A DNA stretch of 26,290 nt from an uncultured Lachnospiraceae bacterium (lineage in GTDB: Bacteria > Bacillota > Clostridia > Lachnospirales > Lachnospiraceae): assembly GCA_902783445.1 (NCBI GenBank), contig CACZQX010000069.1:1-26290 (forward strand), read 5' to 3'. Shown piece after piece: positions 1 through 9,183 of the stretch. The position numbers were made by a program, and so were the translations under genes. Each line of letters starts with the position of its first letter. The stretch's first letter is position 1. The notes beneath the pieces were generated by a model that was given only the letters and a program-made list of their open reading frames with translations, was not told the DNA's origin and did not search any database.

Positions 1-2706
1 ATCCAGATTGTGTTCGATAACCACAACAGTATTGCCGCCATCGGAAAGCTTTCTTAAAATATCAACCAACTTATGCACATCCGCAAAGTGAAGACCCGTT
101 GTCGGCTCATCCAAAATGTAAATTGTCTTACCCGTCGGGCGTTTGCTAAGTTCCGTTGCAAGCTTGATTCTTTGCGCCTCGCCGCCGGATAACTGTGTGG
201 ATGGTTGACCAAGCTTAATATAAGATAAACCTACATCATTTAATGTTTCAATCTTTCTCTTGATTGACGGTACATTCTCGAAAAACTTGACCGCTTCTTC
301 AACAGTCATATTCAAAACATCGTAAATGCTTTTTCCTTTATACTTAACCTCCAAGGTTTCGCGGTTATAACGCTTGCCCTTACATACATCGCAATTTACG
401 TATACATCCGGTAAAAAATGCATTTCAATTTTTAAAAGTCCGTCACCGGCACAAGCTTCACATCTTCCGCCTTTAACATTGAAACTGAAACGTCCCTTTG
501 CATAGCCTCTGGCTTTTGCTTCGGCCGTTGATGCAAATAAATCTCTGATTAAATCGAATACACCTGTATAGGTTGCCGGGTTAGAACGCGGTGTACGTCC
601 AATCGGCGACTGGTCAATGCATATTACTTTGTCCAGTTGTTCTATTCCTTCTATCTTTTTATGTTTGCCTGCAATTGTGTGGGCACGGTTGAGTTTCTTA
701 GCTAAGGATTTATACAAAATCTCATTTACCAATGAACTTTTTCCGGATCCCGACACACCGGTTACACAGGTCATAACCCCAAGAGGAAATTTTACATCTA
801 TGTTCTTTAAGTTGTTTTCTTGTGCGCCTACCACCTTTATCCAACCGGTTGGCTTGCGTCTTTTTTCAGGTACGGGAATCTTAAGTTTTCCGCTTAAATA
901 CTGACCTGTAATCGATTCTTTGACTTTCATTATTTCTTCGGCCGTTCCGCATGCCACAACCTCACCGCCGTGGTCCCCGGCTCCCGGTCCTATATCGATT
1001 ATATGATCTGCAAAGCGCATGGTGTCTTCATCATGCTCTACCACTATTAAAGTATTGCCCAAATCCTTCAACTTCTTAAGGGCGCTTAAGAGTCTGTCGT
1101 TATCTCTCTGATGCAAACCTATACTCGGTTCGTCAAGTATATAGGCAACGCCCACCAGGCCCGAACCAATCTGTGTTGCAAGCCTTATCCTTTGAGCCTC
1201 ACCGCCGGACAAACTGGCCGTAGGTCTTGAAAGTGTAAGATAGTTAAGCCCCACTTCCACCAAAAATCCCATACGAGCTTTGATTTCTTTTAAGATTTGC
1301 GAACCTATAAGCTTTTGCTGTGCATTTAGTTTCTTATCGATTTTTTCAAAGAAATCCTTCAATTCCTCCACGGTCATCATGGAAACTTGATGAATGTTTT
1401 TGTTTGCAACCGTTACCGCCAACGACTCTTTTTTAAGTCTCATTCCGTTACAAGAATCACATGAACTTATTCTCATATAGTTTTCATAGTCTTCTTTTTG
1501 TGACTGAGAGAATGTCTCGCTGTAGCGTTTTCTTACATTTGCAATCAAACCTTCAAAAGCTACCTTATAAACCCCTGCACCTCGCTGACTTTGATAATGC
1601 ACGGTTAGTTTTTTGTCCCCCGTTCCGTAAAGGATAATATCTCTTATTTTTTTAGGATATTTTTCAAATGGTGTATCAAGGTCAAAGCCGTACTCTTCGC
1701 AAAGGGCCACAAGCACCGCATTTGTAAAGCTTCCCTTTTTATTTGCCGACTGCCAGCCTGTAACGATTATGGCTCCTTCATTAATAGAAAGTGACTCATC
1801 CGGAATCATAAGTTCCGAATCAAATTCCATCTTATAACCAAGACCCGAGCAAACAGGGCAAGCACCAAAGGGATTGTTAAATGAAAAACTTCGAGGCTCA
1901 ATTTCCGAAATGCTGATTCCACAGTCAGGGCAGGCAAAATTCATGCTGAAATTAATAGGCTCGCCTCCTATAACATCCACAATCATCAGTCCGTCCGACA
2001 GTTTCATTACACTTTCTATAGAATCCGCAAGACGTTTTTCAATGCCCTCTTTTACGGCAATTCTGTCTACTATTATTTCAATATCGTGCTTTATGTTTTT
2101 ATCAAGCTCTATTTTTTCGTCCAGTTCGTAAAGATTTCCATCCACTCTGGCTCTTACGTATCCCGCACGCTTAGCCGCCTCCAACACCTTTTCATGGCGA
2201 CCTTTTTTTCCTTGAACAACCGGAGCCAAAAGCTGCAATTTACTGCCCTTTTCCAAAGCCATTATAGCATCTACCATTTGGTCCACGGTTTGTCTTTTAA
2301 TCTCTTTGCCGCATTCCGGGCAATGAGGAATACCGATTCTTGCATATAAAAGCCTTAAGTAATCATGTACTTCCGTAACCGTTCCCACCGTGGATCGCGG
2401 ATTACGGTTTGTTGATTTCTGATCGATGGAAATAGCAGGTGAAAGGCCTTCTATATGGTCTACATTTGGTTTTTCCATTTGCCCCAAGAACTGCCTTGCA
2501 TAGGAAGACAGCGACTCCATATATCTTCGCTGACCCTCGGCATAAATTGTATCAAAGGCAAGAGATGACTTTCCGGAACCGCTAAGTCCCGTAAGCACAA
2601 CAAATTCGTCTCTCGGAATTTCAACATCAATGTTCTTCAGATTATGCTCTCTCGCACCTTTAATTTTTATGTATTTCTTGTAAGTTAATTCTTTGTTTTT
2701 CATCAT
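1..2706 (-). CDS. uvrA: Excinuclease ABC subunit A, 3'-truncated by the window edge (not in the ORF track because no stop lies in the window)
   Basis: Manual minus-strand translation from 2706 gives [73 protein letters not shown] (Walker A GLSGSGKS). The same frame reads ...VVIEHNLD at position 1, typical of the end of the second UvrA ABC domain. It lies directly downstream of uvrB. The start could be ATG 2706 or 2703. Confidence 0.97.
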   Translation of the reverse strand, partial: MMKNKELTYKKYIKIKGAREHNLKNIDVEIPRDEFVVLTGLSGSGKSSLAFDTIYAEGQRRYMESLSSYARQFLGQMEKPNVDHIEGLSPAISIDQKSTNRNPRSTVGTVTEVHDYLRLLYARIGIPHCPECGKEIKRQTVDQMVDAIMALEKGSKLQLLAPVVQGKKGRHEKVLEAAKRAGYVRARVDGNLYELDEKIELDKNIKHDIEIIVDRIAVKEGIEKRLADSIESVMKLSDGLMIVDVIGGEPINFSMNFACPDCGISISEIEPRSFSFNNPFGACPVCSGLGYKMEFDSELMIPDESLSINEGAIIVTGWQSANKKGSFTNAVLVALCEEYGFDLDTPFEKYPKKIRDIILYGTGDKKLTVHYQSQRGAGVYKVAFEGLIANVRKRYSETFSQSQKEDYENYMRISSCDSCNGMRLKKESLAVTVANKNIHQVSMMTVEELKDFFEKIDKKLNAQQKLIGSQILKEIKARMGFLVEVGLNYLTLSRPTASLSGGEAQRIRLATQIGSGLVGVAYILDEPSIGLHQRDNDRLLSALKKLKDLGNTLIVVEHDEDTMRFADHIIDIGPGAGDHGGEVVACGTAEEIMKVKESITGQYLSGKLKIPVPEKRRKPTGWIKVVGAQENNLKNIDVKFPLGVMTCVTGVSGSGKSSLVNEILYKSLAKKLNRAHTIAGKHKKIEGIEQLDKVICIDQSPIGRTPRSNPATYTGVFDLIRDLFASTAEAKARGYAKGRFSFNVKGGRCEACAGDGLLKIEMHFLPDVYVNCDVCKGKRYNRETLEVKYKGKSIYDVLNMTVEEAVKFFENVPSIKRKIETLNDVGLSYIKLGQPSTQLSGGEAQRIKLATELSKRPTGKTIYILDEPTTGLHFADVHKLVDILRKLSDGGNTVVVIEHNLD

Positions 2707-2783
2707 TAAAACACTATGCCGCGGCACCCAGGGCATTTGCTCTTTAAAGTGCATATGCCACCGTGTTGAACGTTGAGTGGCAA
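2706..2783 (-). CDS. Candidate 25-aa leader/u[28 protein letters not shown] (TTG start)
   Basis: SD AAGGAG (2796-2791) is followed 7 nt later by TTG (2783-2781). The frame is open to TAA (2708-2706), which overlaps the uvrA ATG by 1 nt (TAATG). Translation is unproven. Confidence 0.4.
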   Translation of the reverse strand: MPLNVQHGGICTLKSKCPGCRGIVF

Positions 2784-2788
2784 GCGGC
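2717..2788. repeat. GC-rich nested palindromic element upstream of uvrA
   Basis: TGCCGCGGCA (2717-2726) is a perfect palindrome. GGCATTTGCTCTTTAAAGTGCATATGCC (2732-2759) is a 28-bp palindrome with 2 mismatched pairs. TGCCAC (2756-2761) pairs with GTGGCA (2777-2782), and GCCGC (2718-2722) with GCGGC (2784-2788). GC is 43/80 over 2711-2790, against an AT-rich flank. Confidence 0.75.
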
Positions 2789-2866
2789 TTCTCCTTTTAT
2801 TGATTTATTATAATTTTTTCCCTCTTAAACAAACCTGTCTATTTATAACCGGCATAATATACAAAG

Positions 2867-4858
2867 CTACTTGCTTTTCATCTTTGCCAGATGCTCTTTG
2901 AGTTCCATCATCTGGTCTCTTAACATTGCCGCAGATTCAAAGTCAAGCTGAGTTGCGCAATGCTCCATTTGTTTGCGTACCTTATTGATTGTCTTTTCAA
3001 GTTCTTTAATACTCATGCTTTCCGGATCTTTTTCAATCTTATCGATAGCATAACTTGTTTCTTTTGATATACTGATAAGATCTCTGACAGCCTTTTTAAT
3101 GGTTGTAGGTACAATACCGTGCTCTTCATTATATTCGGACTGTATCTTACGACGTCTGTTTGTCTCCGAAATCGCATTATTCATGGAATCCGTCATCATT
3201 TCGGCGTACATAAGAACACGTCCTTCCGAGTTTCTTGCCGCACGACCTATAGTCTGAATCAAGGATGTTTCGGATCTCAAGAAACCTTCTTTATCCGCGT
3301 CCAAAATTGCTACCAATGATACTTCCGGTATATCCAATCCCTCTCTTAAAAGGTTGATGCCCACCAGCACATCAAACTTATCAAGTCGCATGTTACGTAT
3401 AATCTCCACACGCTGTAGAGCATCGATATCCGAATGAAGATATTCGACTTTTATTCCCGTTTCCTGCATGTATTTTGTTAAGTCTTCTGCCATTTTCTTT
3501 GTTAATGTGGTAACCAAAACCTTATGTTTTTTCTCGATTTCCACGTTTATCTCAGCGATAAGATCATCCACTTGACCCTTAACGGGTTTTACCGTAACCT
3601 CCGGATCCAACAAGCCCGTAGGCCTTATAATTTGCTCTGCTCTAAGCATTTCATGCTCTGCCTCGTACTTATTCGGTGTTGCGCTTACAAAAAGCATTTG
3701 GTCTATTTTAGATTCGAATTCCGTGAAGTTTAAAGGTCTGTTGTCAAGGGCCGACGGAAGTCTGAAGCCGTAATCCACAAGGGTTGTCTTTCTGCTTCTG
3801 TCACCTGCATACATTCCTCCGATTTGCGGAATCGTCATATGTGATTCATCCACTATAATCAAAAAATCATCCGGAAAATAATCAATCAAAGTATAAGGCG
3901 GAGTGCCGGGAGCTAAGCCCGTTAAATGTCTGGAATAATTTTCGATTCCCGAACAAAAGCCCGTTTCAAGCATCATTTCCACATCGAAATTTGTACGCTC
4001 TTCTATTCTTTGAGCTTCCAAAAACTTGTCTTCGCTCTTAAAATAAGCCACTCTTTCTTTAAGTTCTTCTCTGATTGCTTCCGCGGCTTTCCTTAGTTGG
4101 TCCTGAGGTACCACGTAATGCGAAGCGGGGAAAATTACCACATGTTCAAGTTTTGCCTTAATCTCCCCCGTAAGTATGTCTATTTCCGTGATTCTATCCA
4201 CTTCGTCCCCGAAAAATTCGATTCTTACGGCATCCATGGTTGTGTCCGCAGGTAATATTTCTATTACATCACCTCGTACTCTGAAAGTGCCGCGTTTAAA
4301 ATCCATGTCATTTCTAATATATTGAATGTCTATAAGATTTCTTATTACATCGTCTCTGTCCCTTTCCATGCCCGGCCTTAAGGAAACAGTCATGGTTTGA
4401 TAATCGATGGGACTACCAAGTCCATAAATGCATGAAACGCTGGACACCACAATAACATCTCTTCGCTCCGTAAGAGATGCCGTTGCCGAATGGCGCAGTC
4501 TGTCGATTTCATCGTTAATTGACGAGTCTTTTTCTATATAAGTATCCGTCTGAGGCACATAGGCCTCCGGCTGATAATAATCATAATAAGACACAAAATA
4601 CTCTACCGCATTGTTTGGAAAAAACTCTTTAAGTTCGCTGTAAAGCTGTGCCGCCAAAGTTTTATTGTGCGCCATTACAAGGGTCGGTTTATTAAGTTCT
4701 TTAATAACGTTTGCCATAGTAAATGTTTTGCCGGAGCCCGTCACTCCCAAAAGAGTTTCAAACTGATTGCCTTCTTTGAAGCCTTTTACCAGTTTTTCAA
4801 TAGCCTGAGGTTGATCTCCGGTAGGTTTGTATTCACTATGTAATTCAAAATGATCCAT
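2867..4858 (-). CDS. uvrB: Excinuclease ABC subunit B
   Basis: [10 protein letters not shown] Walker [52 protein letters not shown] and a C-terminal UVR domain. Start moved to ATG 4858 ([10 protein letters not shown]), which has an upstream GAAAGG. Confidence 0.98.
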   Translation of the reverse strand: MDHFELHSEYKPTGDQPQAIEKLVKGFKEGNQFETLLGVTGSGKTFTMANVIKELNKPTLVMAHNKTLAAQLYSELKEFFPNNAVEYFVSYYDYYQPEAYVPQTDTYIEKDSSINDEIDRLRHSATASLTERRDVIVVSSVSCIYGLGSPIDYQTMTVSLRPGMERDRDDVIRNLIDIQYIRNDMDFKRGTFRVRGDVIEILPADTTMDAVRIEFFGDEVDRITEIDILTGEIKAKLEHVVIFPASHYVVPQDQLRKAAEAIREELKERVAYFKSEDKFLEAQRIEERTNFDVEMMLETGFCSGIENYSRHLTGLAPGTPPYTLIDYFPDDFLIIVDESHMTIPQIGGMYAGDRSRKTTLVDYGFRLPSALDNRPLNFTEFESKIDQMLFVSATPNKYEAEHEMLRAEQIIRPTGLLDPEVTVKPVKGQVDDLIAEINVEIEKKHKVLVTTLTKKMAEDLTKYMQETGIKVEYLHSDIDALQRVEIIRNMRLDKFDVLVGINLLREGLDIPEVSLVAILDADKEGFLRSETSLIQTIGRAARNSEGRVLMYAEMMTDSMNNAISETNRRRKIQSEYNEEHGIVPTTIKKAVRDLISISKETSYAIDKIEKDPESMSIKELEKTINKVRKQMEHCATQLDFESAAMLRDQMMELKEHLAKMKSK

Positions 4859-4870
4859 AGTTTTGCCTTT

Positions 4871-4904
4871 CGAACGCTTGTTCATTCATTATAACATATG
4901 TTTT
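4871..4904. promoter_or_regulatory. LexA/SOS (Cheo-type) box at the uvrB promoter, plus a possible second weaker box
   Basis: CGAAC-GCTT-GTTCA (4871-4884) differs by one base from the Firmicute consensus CGAAC-N4-GTTCG. It lies between a minus-strand TATAAT (4893-4888) and the uvrB RBS. ATAAC-ATAT-GTTTT (4891-4904) is a weaker match. Confidence 0.75.
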
Positions 4905-4936
4905 TAATAAAATCTATCCTATAATTCTTATAAAAT

Positions 4937-4964
4937 AAAAATGAAGCCTTTTCGCTTCATTTTT
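4937..4964 (-). terminator. Intrinsic terminator downstream of the GntR gene
   Basis: AAAAATGAAGC-CTTTTC-GCTTCATTTTT inverted repeat directly after the stop at 4966, with A/T runs on both sides. Confidence 0.8.
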
Positions 4965-4965
4965 G

Positions 4966-5640
4966 CTAACTTATGTTATGTCTTTTGTTTATTAATTTAT
5001 CTATATAATACTTCTTGATATAGTCGGTATGCTCGTTCATTTCTTTCACCGCAACCTCTACATCTCTTTTGCACAGGGCTTCGTATATTTTTATATGCTG
5101 TTCAAGAGTTTCTTTTGCATGTTCGGGATCGTCAAAACTGGTTACATCAAAACGTCTTTTGTGATTAACCATAAGCTCAAACAACATTTTCAAATGCTTG
5201 TTATGAGCAAAATCCACTATCGCCTCATGAAACATAATATCCCAGTTCATACGCTCCGCCAAATCGCCCTTATCCAAGTATTCCTTTGCTTTTTCGTTTA
5301 TCTCTTTTAGTTTTTTATCATTATTGGAAGTGTATCCGGAAAGTGATGTCTCTATGGCATATACTTGCAAAACGCCTACCAAATCGTATACTTCCAATAT
5401 ATCTTCAATCCTATACTCCGGAACCGCTATACCTTTTCCCTGCTTGTTTTCAAGTATTCCTTCCGCGCATAATGCACTTAAGGCATGACGAATGGTTGAG
5501 CGACTTACTTCATAAATATCACAAAGCTTTCGCTCCACCATATCCGTTCCCGGCGGATATTTATTATCCAATATGTCTGTTTTTAAACGATTATATACGA
5601 GCATCCCTTTTGTGCCCATATTTTTTGTCATTTCCGACAT
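4966..5640 (-). CDS. GntR-family (FadR/FCD subfamily) transcriptional regulator
   Basis: N-terminal wHTH (VYNRLKTDILDNKYPPG...ERKLCDIYEVSRSTIRHAL...EG) and an FCD-like C-terminus (DIMFHEAIV, EQHIKIYEAL, MNEH). Start at ATG 5640 after GGAG. Confidence 0.9.
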   Translation of the reverse strand: MSEMTKNMGTKGMLVYNRLKTDILDNKYPPGTDMVERKLCDIYEVSRSTIRHALSALCAEGILENKQGKGIAVPEYRIEDILEVYDLVGVLQVYAIETSLSGYTSNNDKKLKEINEKAKEYLDKGDLAERMNWDIMFHEAIVDFAHNKHLKMLFELMVNHKRRFDVTSFDDPEHAKETLEQHIKIYEALCKRDVEVAVKEMNEHTDYIKKYYIDKLINKRHNIS

Positions 5641-5664
5641 TATTACTCCAATCAAAAAATATAA

Positions 5665-5693
5665 AAGCACCGTCAGAAATTCCGGCGGTGCTT
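5665..5693 (-). terminator. Intrinsic terminator downstream of the chemoreceptor gene
   Basis: AAGCACCGTC-AGAAATTCC-GGCGGTGCTT hairpin, followed by a T-run on the minus strand. Confidence 0.75.
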
Positions 5694-5706
5694 ATTAGTC
5701 TTTATT

Positions 5707-6534
5707 CTATCTTTTTACATTTGATGTTAAATCAAACATGGTTTGTGATTCTTCGGCAATAACTTCAACCGCACCCGATATTCCTTTTATTGCCTCTGTT
5801 TGATTTGTAACGGTTTTGTCTATAGCCTTAATATCATCAGCTACCCCGTCGAGTTTTTCAAACATTCCGCTAATTGCCGCCGATATATCTTCAGAACTCG
5901 AGTTACTTGCACTTGCCAAACGTCCCATTTCCTGAGCTACTATTGCAAAGCCACGTCCCGCTTCACCGGAACGTGCAGCTTCTATGGATGCATTAAGAGC
6001 AAGAATCTTTGATTTTGCTGCGTTTCCTTTAATATCAGCTACCAGTTTTGAGACAATTTGCATATTGTTTTCCACTTCTTTTATGGTTTTATTCAATGCC
6101 CCAACGGATGCAAACAACTCTTCAACCCCTTCAGTATATGTGCAAACGGTTGCGGATGTTTTCTCCAACGATTCCGTAATCGACTCAGCAGCAGACTCTA
6201 AAGCTATTTGGCGATCCATCGAAAATGCGGTTGCAACAATACAAACAAATTCTCCGTTTTCATCAAAGTAAGGAGAGTATTTACCGTGAATATTCACACC
6301 ATAAACTTCCTTCGGAATTTCATAATAGCCTTCTGTATGATTGCGCATGGAACCCCAAGCAGGGTCTCCTGCAGGTGGTCTTGAGCCAACCTCGTTTGTC
6401 ATTGTAAACCCTTTTGCAGAGTCAACATACTTAACCTGATCATCAGCAAGGATGGTAATCGTAACATCCTCATCAATAAGCATTTTCCAAAAAGGAATCA
6501 TTTTCTTTACTTTAGCAAGTTGTTCATCTGTCAT
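5707..6534 (-). CDS. Soluble (cytoplasmic) methyl-accepting chemotaxis protein, YfmS-like architecture
   Basis: MCP hairpin-tip signature [31 protein letters not shown]. No hydrophobic TM segment. An ~105-aa N-terminal sensor domain is present (IPKEVYGV...PYFDENGE). Likely start MTDEQ at 6534 after GGGGAA. Confidence 0.85.
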   Translation of the reverse strand: MTDEQLAKVKKMIPFWKMLIDEDVTITILADDQVKYVDSAKGFTMTNEVGSRPPAGDPAWGSMRNHTEGYYEIPKEVYGVNIHGKYSPYFDENGEFVCIVATAFSMDRQIALESAAESITESLEKTSATVCTYTEGVEELFASVGALNKTIKEVENNMQIVSKLVADIKGNAAKSKILALNASIEAARSGEAGRGFAIVAQEMGRLASASNSSSEDISAAISGMFEKLDGVADDIKAIDKTVTNQTEAIKGISGAVEVIAEESQTMFDLTSNVKR

Positions 6535-6680
6535 ATCGTATTCCCCCATAACTACACTTTTTATAAAGCAAATCCCTTATTATTAATTTGCTTTTTTACC
6601 TTTATCTATACTATTATCATTTTACCATAATATAACTTGCCTTACATCTATTTTTTTTGTCATATTAAACTAATATGTTT

Positions 6681-7904
6681 TTACATTGACAATATAACTT
6701 CCAAAGCTTTTTCAAATTGCATGTCATATTCAGAATTTGCGTCATCTTCCACCTCGTAATCCGGCGTGATTCCCACACCATCAAGGCATGTTCCGTTAGG
6801 AGTGTAATACTTGGCAGCGGTAAGTTTAATATATGAACCGTCTCCAATCTGATAAAACCTTTGAACAACCCCTTTTCCGTAGGTGGTTTTTCCAACAATC
6901 GTCGCCATTCCGTAGTCCTTTAAAGCTCCGGCAAATATTTCCGATGCGCTTGCGGTCTTTTCGTTTACAAGCACTACAATCGGAATATTAAGATAGTTTT
7001 CGGCGTCACTTGTTTTTTGTTCGAAGTAAGCAGGTCCTTTCATTGTAACGATTGTTCCTTCAGGCAACAACCTATCAAGCATTACACATGTGGTATCCAC
7101 ATCTCCGCCACCGTTATATCTTAAATCTATAATCAGTTTTTCCATTCCTTCTTCCAACATCAGATTAACATCATCTATAAACTGCTGAGCCGCTGTCAAT
7201 TGAAATCTCGAAACGTAAATATAACCGATTTTGTTTTCTTCATCTACTATTCCAAAAGGCATTCTTTGGTTCGATATGGCCCCTCTTGTTATGTTGACCG
7301 TATTTTCCACACCATTTCGCATATAAGTTACAGCTACTTCCGTTCCATCCTCGCCGCGCAAGTTTTCCATAGCCTTCTTGTATCCGATTGTAGCTACATC
7401 TTCGCCGTCAATTCCCGTAATATAATCGCCACGTTGTAATCCCGCATTATATGCCGGTGAATCCGTATAAACCTGCACTATTAATATATAACCGGATTCA
7501 TCATCTCCTCCTACAACGCCTATACCGTAAAACATATCGCCTTGAACGCTTTGCCTTGTCTGAGCGAATTCTTCGGCTGTATAGTATTCTGCATATTTAT
7601 CGCCCACACCCGCAAGAAAACCTCTTATGGCCTGATCCGCCATGTCTTCTCCGCTAAATTCTCCGTCATAGTAAGTCTCTACCAGATTGTATACTCTATC
7701 CATTTTCTGGGCAATTTCCGTGGATGAATATCCCTTTTCCCCGGCAACTTTTGAACTGTGATAATTTATAAGCAACATTATGACAATAAAGCCCATGGCC
7801 ATTATGAGTATACCCAGCAAAAGGCCTTTAATAAGGGCTATTTTCTCGGATTTTTCTTCTTTTTTTTCAGCTACTTCAGCTTTGTATTCCTTGTAATTTT
7901 CCAT
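6681..7904 (-). CDS. S41 family carboxyl-terminal processing protease (CtpA/CtpB-like, PDZ domain)
   Basis: N-terminal TM anchor, PDZ segment (GIGV...VQVYTDSPAYNAGLQRGDYI), DLRYNGGG, catalytic TASASE and KTTYGKGVVQ motifs. Confidence 0.93.
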   Translation of the reverse strand: MENYKEYKAEVAEKKEEKSEKIALIKGLLLGILIMAMGFIVIMLLINYHSSKVAGEKGYSSTEIAQKMDRVYNLVETYYDGEFSGEDMADQAIRGFLAGVGDKYAEYYTAEEFAQTRQSVQGDMFYGIGVVGGDDESGYILIVQVYTDSPAYNAGLQRGDYITGIDGEDVATIGYKKAMENLRGEDGTEVAVTYMRNGVENTVNITRGAISNQRMPFGIVDEENKIGYIYVSRFQLTAAQQFIDDVNLMLEEGMEKLIIDLRYNGGGDVDTTCVMLDRLLPEGTIVTMKGPAYFEQKTSDAENYLNIPIVVLVNEKTASASEIFAGALKDYGMATIVGKTTYGKGVVQRFYQIGDGSYIKLTAAKYYTPNGTCLDGVGITPDYEVEDDANSEYDMQFEKALEVILSM

Positions 7905-7956
7905 TTTTCTCTTTTATCTCTTTTCTTTAAGTATATTCCCTTTTCATTTATTCATA

Positions 7957-7983
7957 AAAGCCACTGCAGCCTGCAGTGGCTTT
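7957..7983 (-). terminator. Strong hairpin/terminator between the M23 peptidase and S41 protease genes
   Basis: AAAGCCACTGCAG-C-CTGCAGTGGCTTT, a perfect 13-bp inverted repeat 14 nt after the M23 stop, with TTTT downstream on the minus strand. Confidence 0.75.
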
Positions 7984-7996
7984 AGCATTTATTGAT

Positions 7997-9148
7997 TTAT
8001 AATCCAAGATAAGGTGCCGGATCCACGCGTCCGCTTGTGGAATAACCACCGCTGGTTTGAACTACACCGAAGTGAAGATGCGGGCCGGTTGAATATCCGG
8101 TACTTCCTACCAATGCTATGGTATCTCCCACATTTACATAGTCACCTTCTTGTGCATATCTTACACTTGCATGCATATACTCCGTATAAAGGCCGTTGCC
8201 ATGGTAAATAATTATAAAGTTACCTGCGTCATCATGCCATGCCGAATGTACAACAACACCCGAAGCCGCTGCCTTTATAGGCGTTCCGTATCCAACGGCA
8301 AAATCCATACCTGCATGGAAGCTTTGATCCCAGTCTCTCCATCCGAAATATGTGGAGATATATACATAATAATCAAGAGGCATTGCAAGTGCTCCACCGG
8401 TATAGCCTCCACCGGTATAGCCGTTCGCTATAGCATTTATCCTTGACTGAACCGCTGCAAGCTCTCTTTCGAGTCTTTGCTGACGCTCTTCGTATGAACC
8501 GATTTGGTTTGAATAATTTGCCATTTCGTTACTTTTTTCGTCAAGAAGTGCTTGTACCGCTGCTTCTTCGCTTAAAAGGTTCTCTCTGATTGCCTCTATT
8601 TCGGCCTGTTCACCCACAACTTTCTCTTTGGCTGTGGATATCGCCTTTATATTTGCATCGATGGCATCCATCTGACTTCTGTCATATTCCATTATCTTTT
8701 GAAGATAAGAATATTTGTTTAACATTTCGCCAAAGCTTTCGGATCCCAAAAATGTATCCAAAACTTGGTCATTACCGTTAACGTACATAAACTTGATTCT
8801 GAGCTTCATAGCTGCATATTGTTCCTCAAGTTTGGAATTGAGATTGGTAATCTGTGCATTTAAGCCGTCGATTTCTTCCTGTTTTTCGCCTATCTCTGCG
8901 TTGTAATAATCTATATTCGTTTGTATTTCCGCAACTTTTGCATCAAGTTCTCTTACATAGGCGGCTGCATCGCTCTTCAGGGCTTCAAGCTCACCTATTA
9001 TGCTTTGAACGTCCGTCAGTTCATTCTGCAACTGGCTCTTTTCTTGCTGTTTATCAGACATTTCGTCGGCCAAAATCGGTGTTGCAAAGCAAGAGCAAAT
9101 CAACAAAACCGCTATTAACTTTCCCGCAAATGTAAATTTTCTTTTCAT
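7997..9148 (-). CDS. Secreted coiled-coil + M23 metallopeptidase (FtsEX-associated murein hydrolase, EnvC/CwlO-like architecture)
   Basis: Signal peptide, long heptad-rich coiled coil, GGGYTGG linker, M23 motifs FHAGMDF (HxxxD) and STGPHLHF (HxH). Lies directly downstream of ftsX. Confidence 0.9.
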   Translation of the reverse strand: MKRKFTFAGKLIAVLLICSCFATPILADEMSDKQQEKSQLQNELTDVQSIIGELEALKSDAAAYVRELDAKVAEIQTNIDYYNAEIGEKQEEIDGLNAQITNLNSKLEEQYAAMKLRIKFMYVNGNDQVLDTFLGSESFGEMLNKYSYLQKIMEYDRSQMDAIDANIKAISTAKEKVVGEQAEIEAIRENLLSEEAAVQALLDEKSNEMANYSNQIGSYEERQQRLERELAAVQSRINAIANGYTGGGYTGGALAMPLDYYVYISTYFGWRDWDQSFHAGMDFAVGYGTPIKAAASGVVVHSAWHDDAGNFIIIYHGNGLYTEYMHASVRYAQEGDYVNVGDTIALVGSTGYSTGPHLHFGVVQTSGGYSTSGRVDPAPYLGL

Positions 9149-9183
9149 TTAACATTCATCTCCCAAAAGATCCGAATCTATGG

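Noticed and set aside
617-2349. Plus-strand ORFs at 617-904, 1874-2131 and 2086-2349
   Set aside because: They are antisense shadows of the long uvrA frame, with no SD or recognisable motifs.
5029-6407. Plus-strand ORFs opposite GntR and the MCP, including the 158-aa 5286-5762
   Set aside because: They lie antisense to well-supported genes, have low-complexity F/L/S-rich translations typical of shadow frames, and show no RBS.
6665-6898. 77-aa minus-strand ORF overlapping the 3' end of the S41 protease
   Set aside because: It is an alternative frame nested in a conserved gene, with no SD and no motif.
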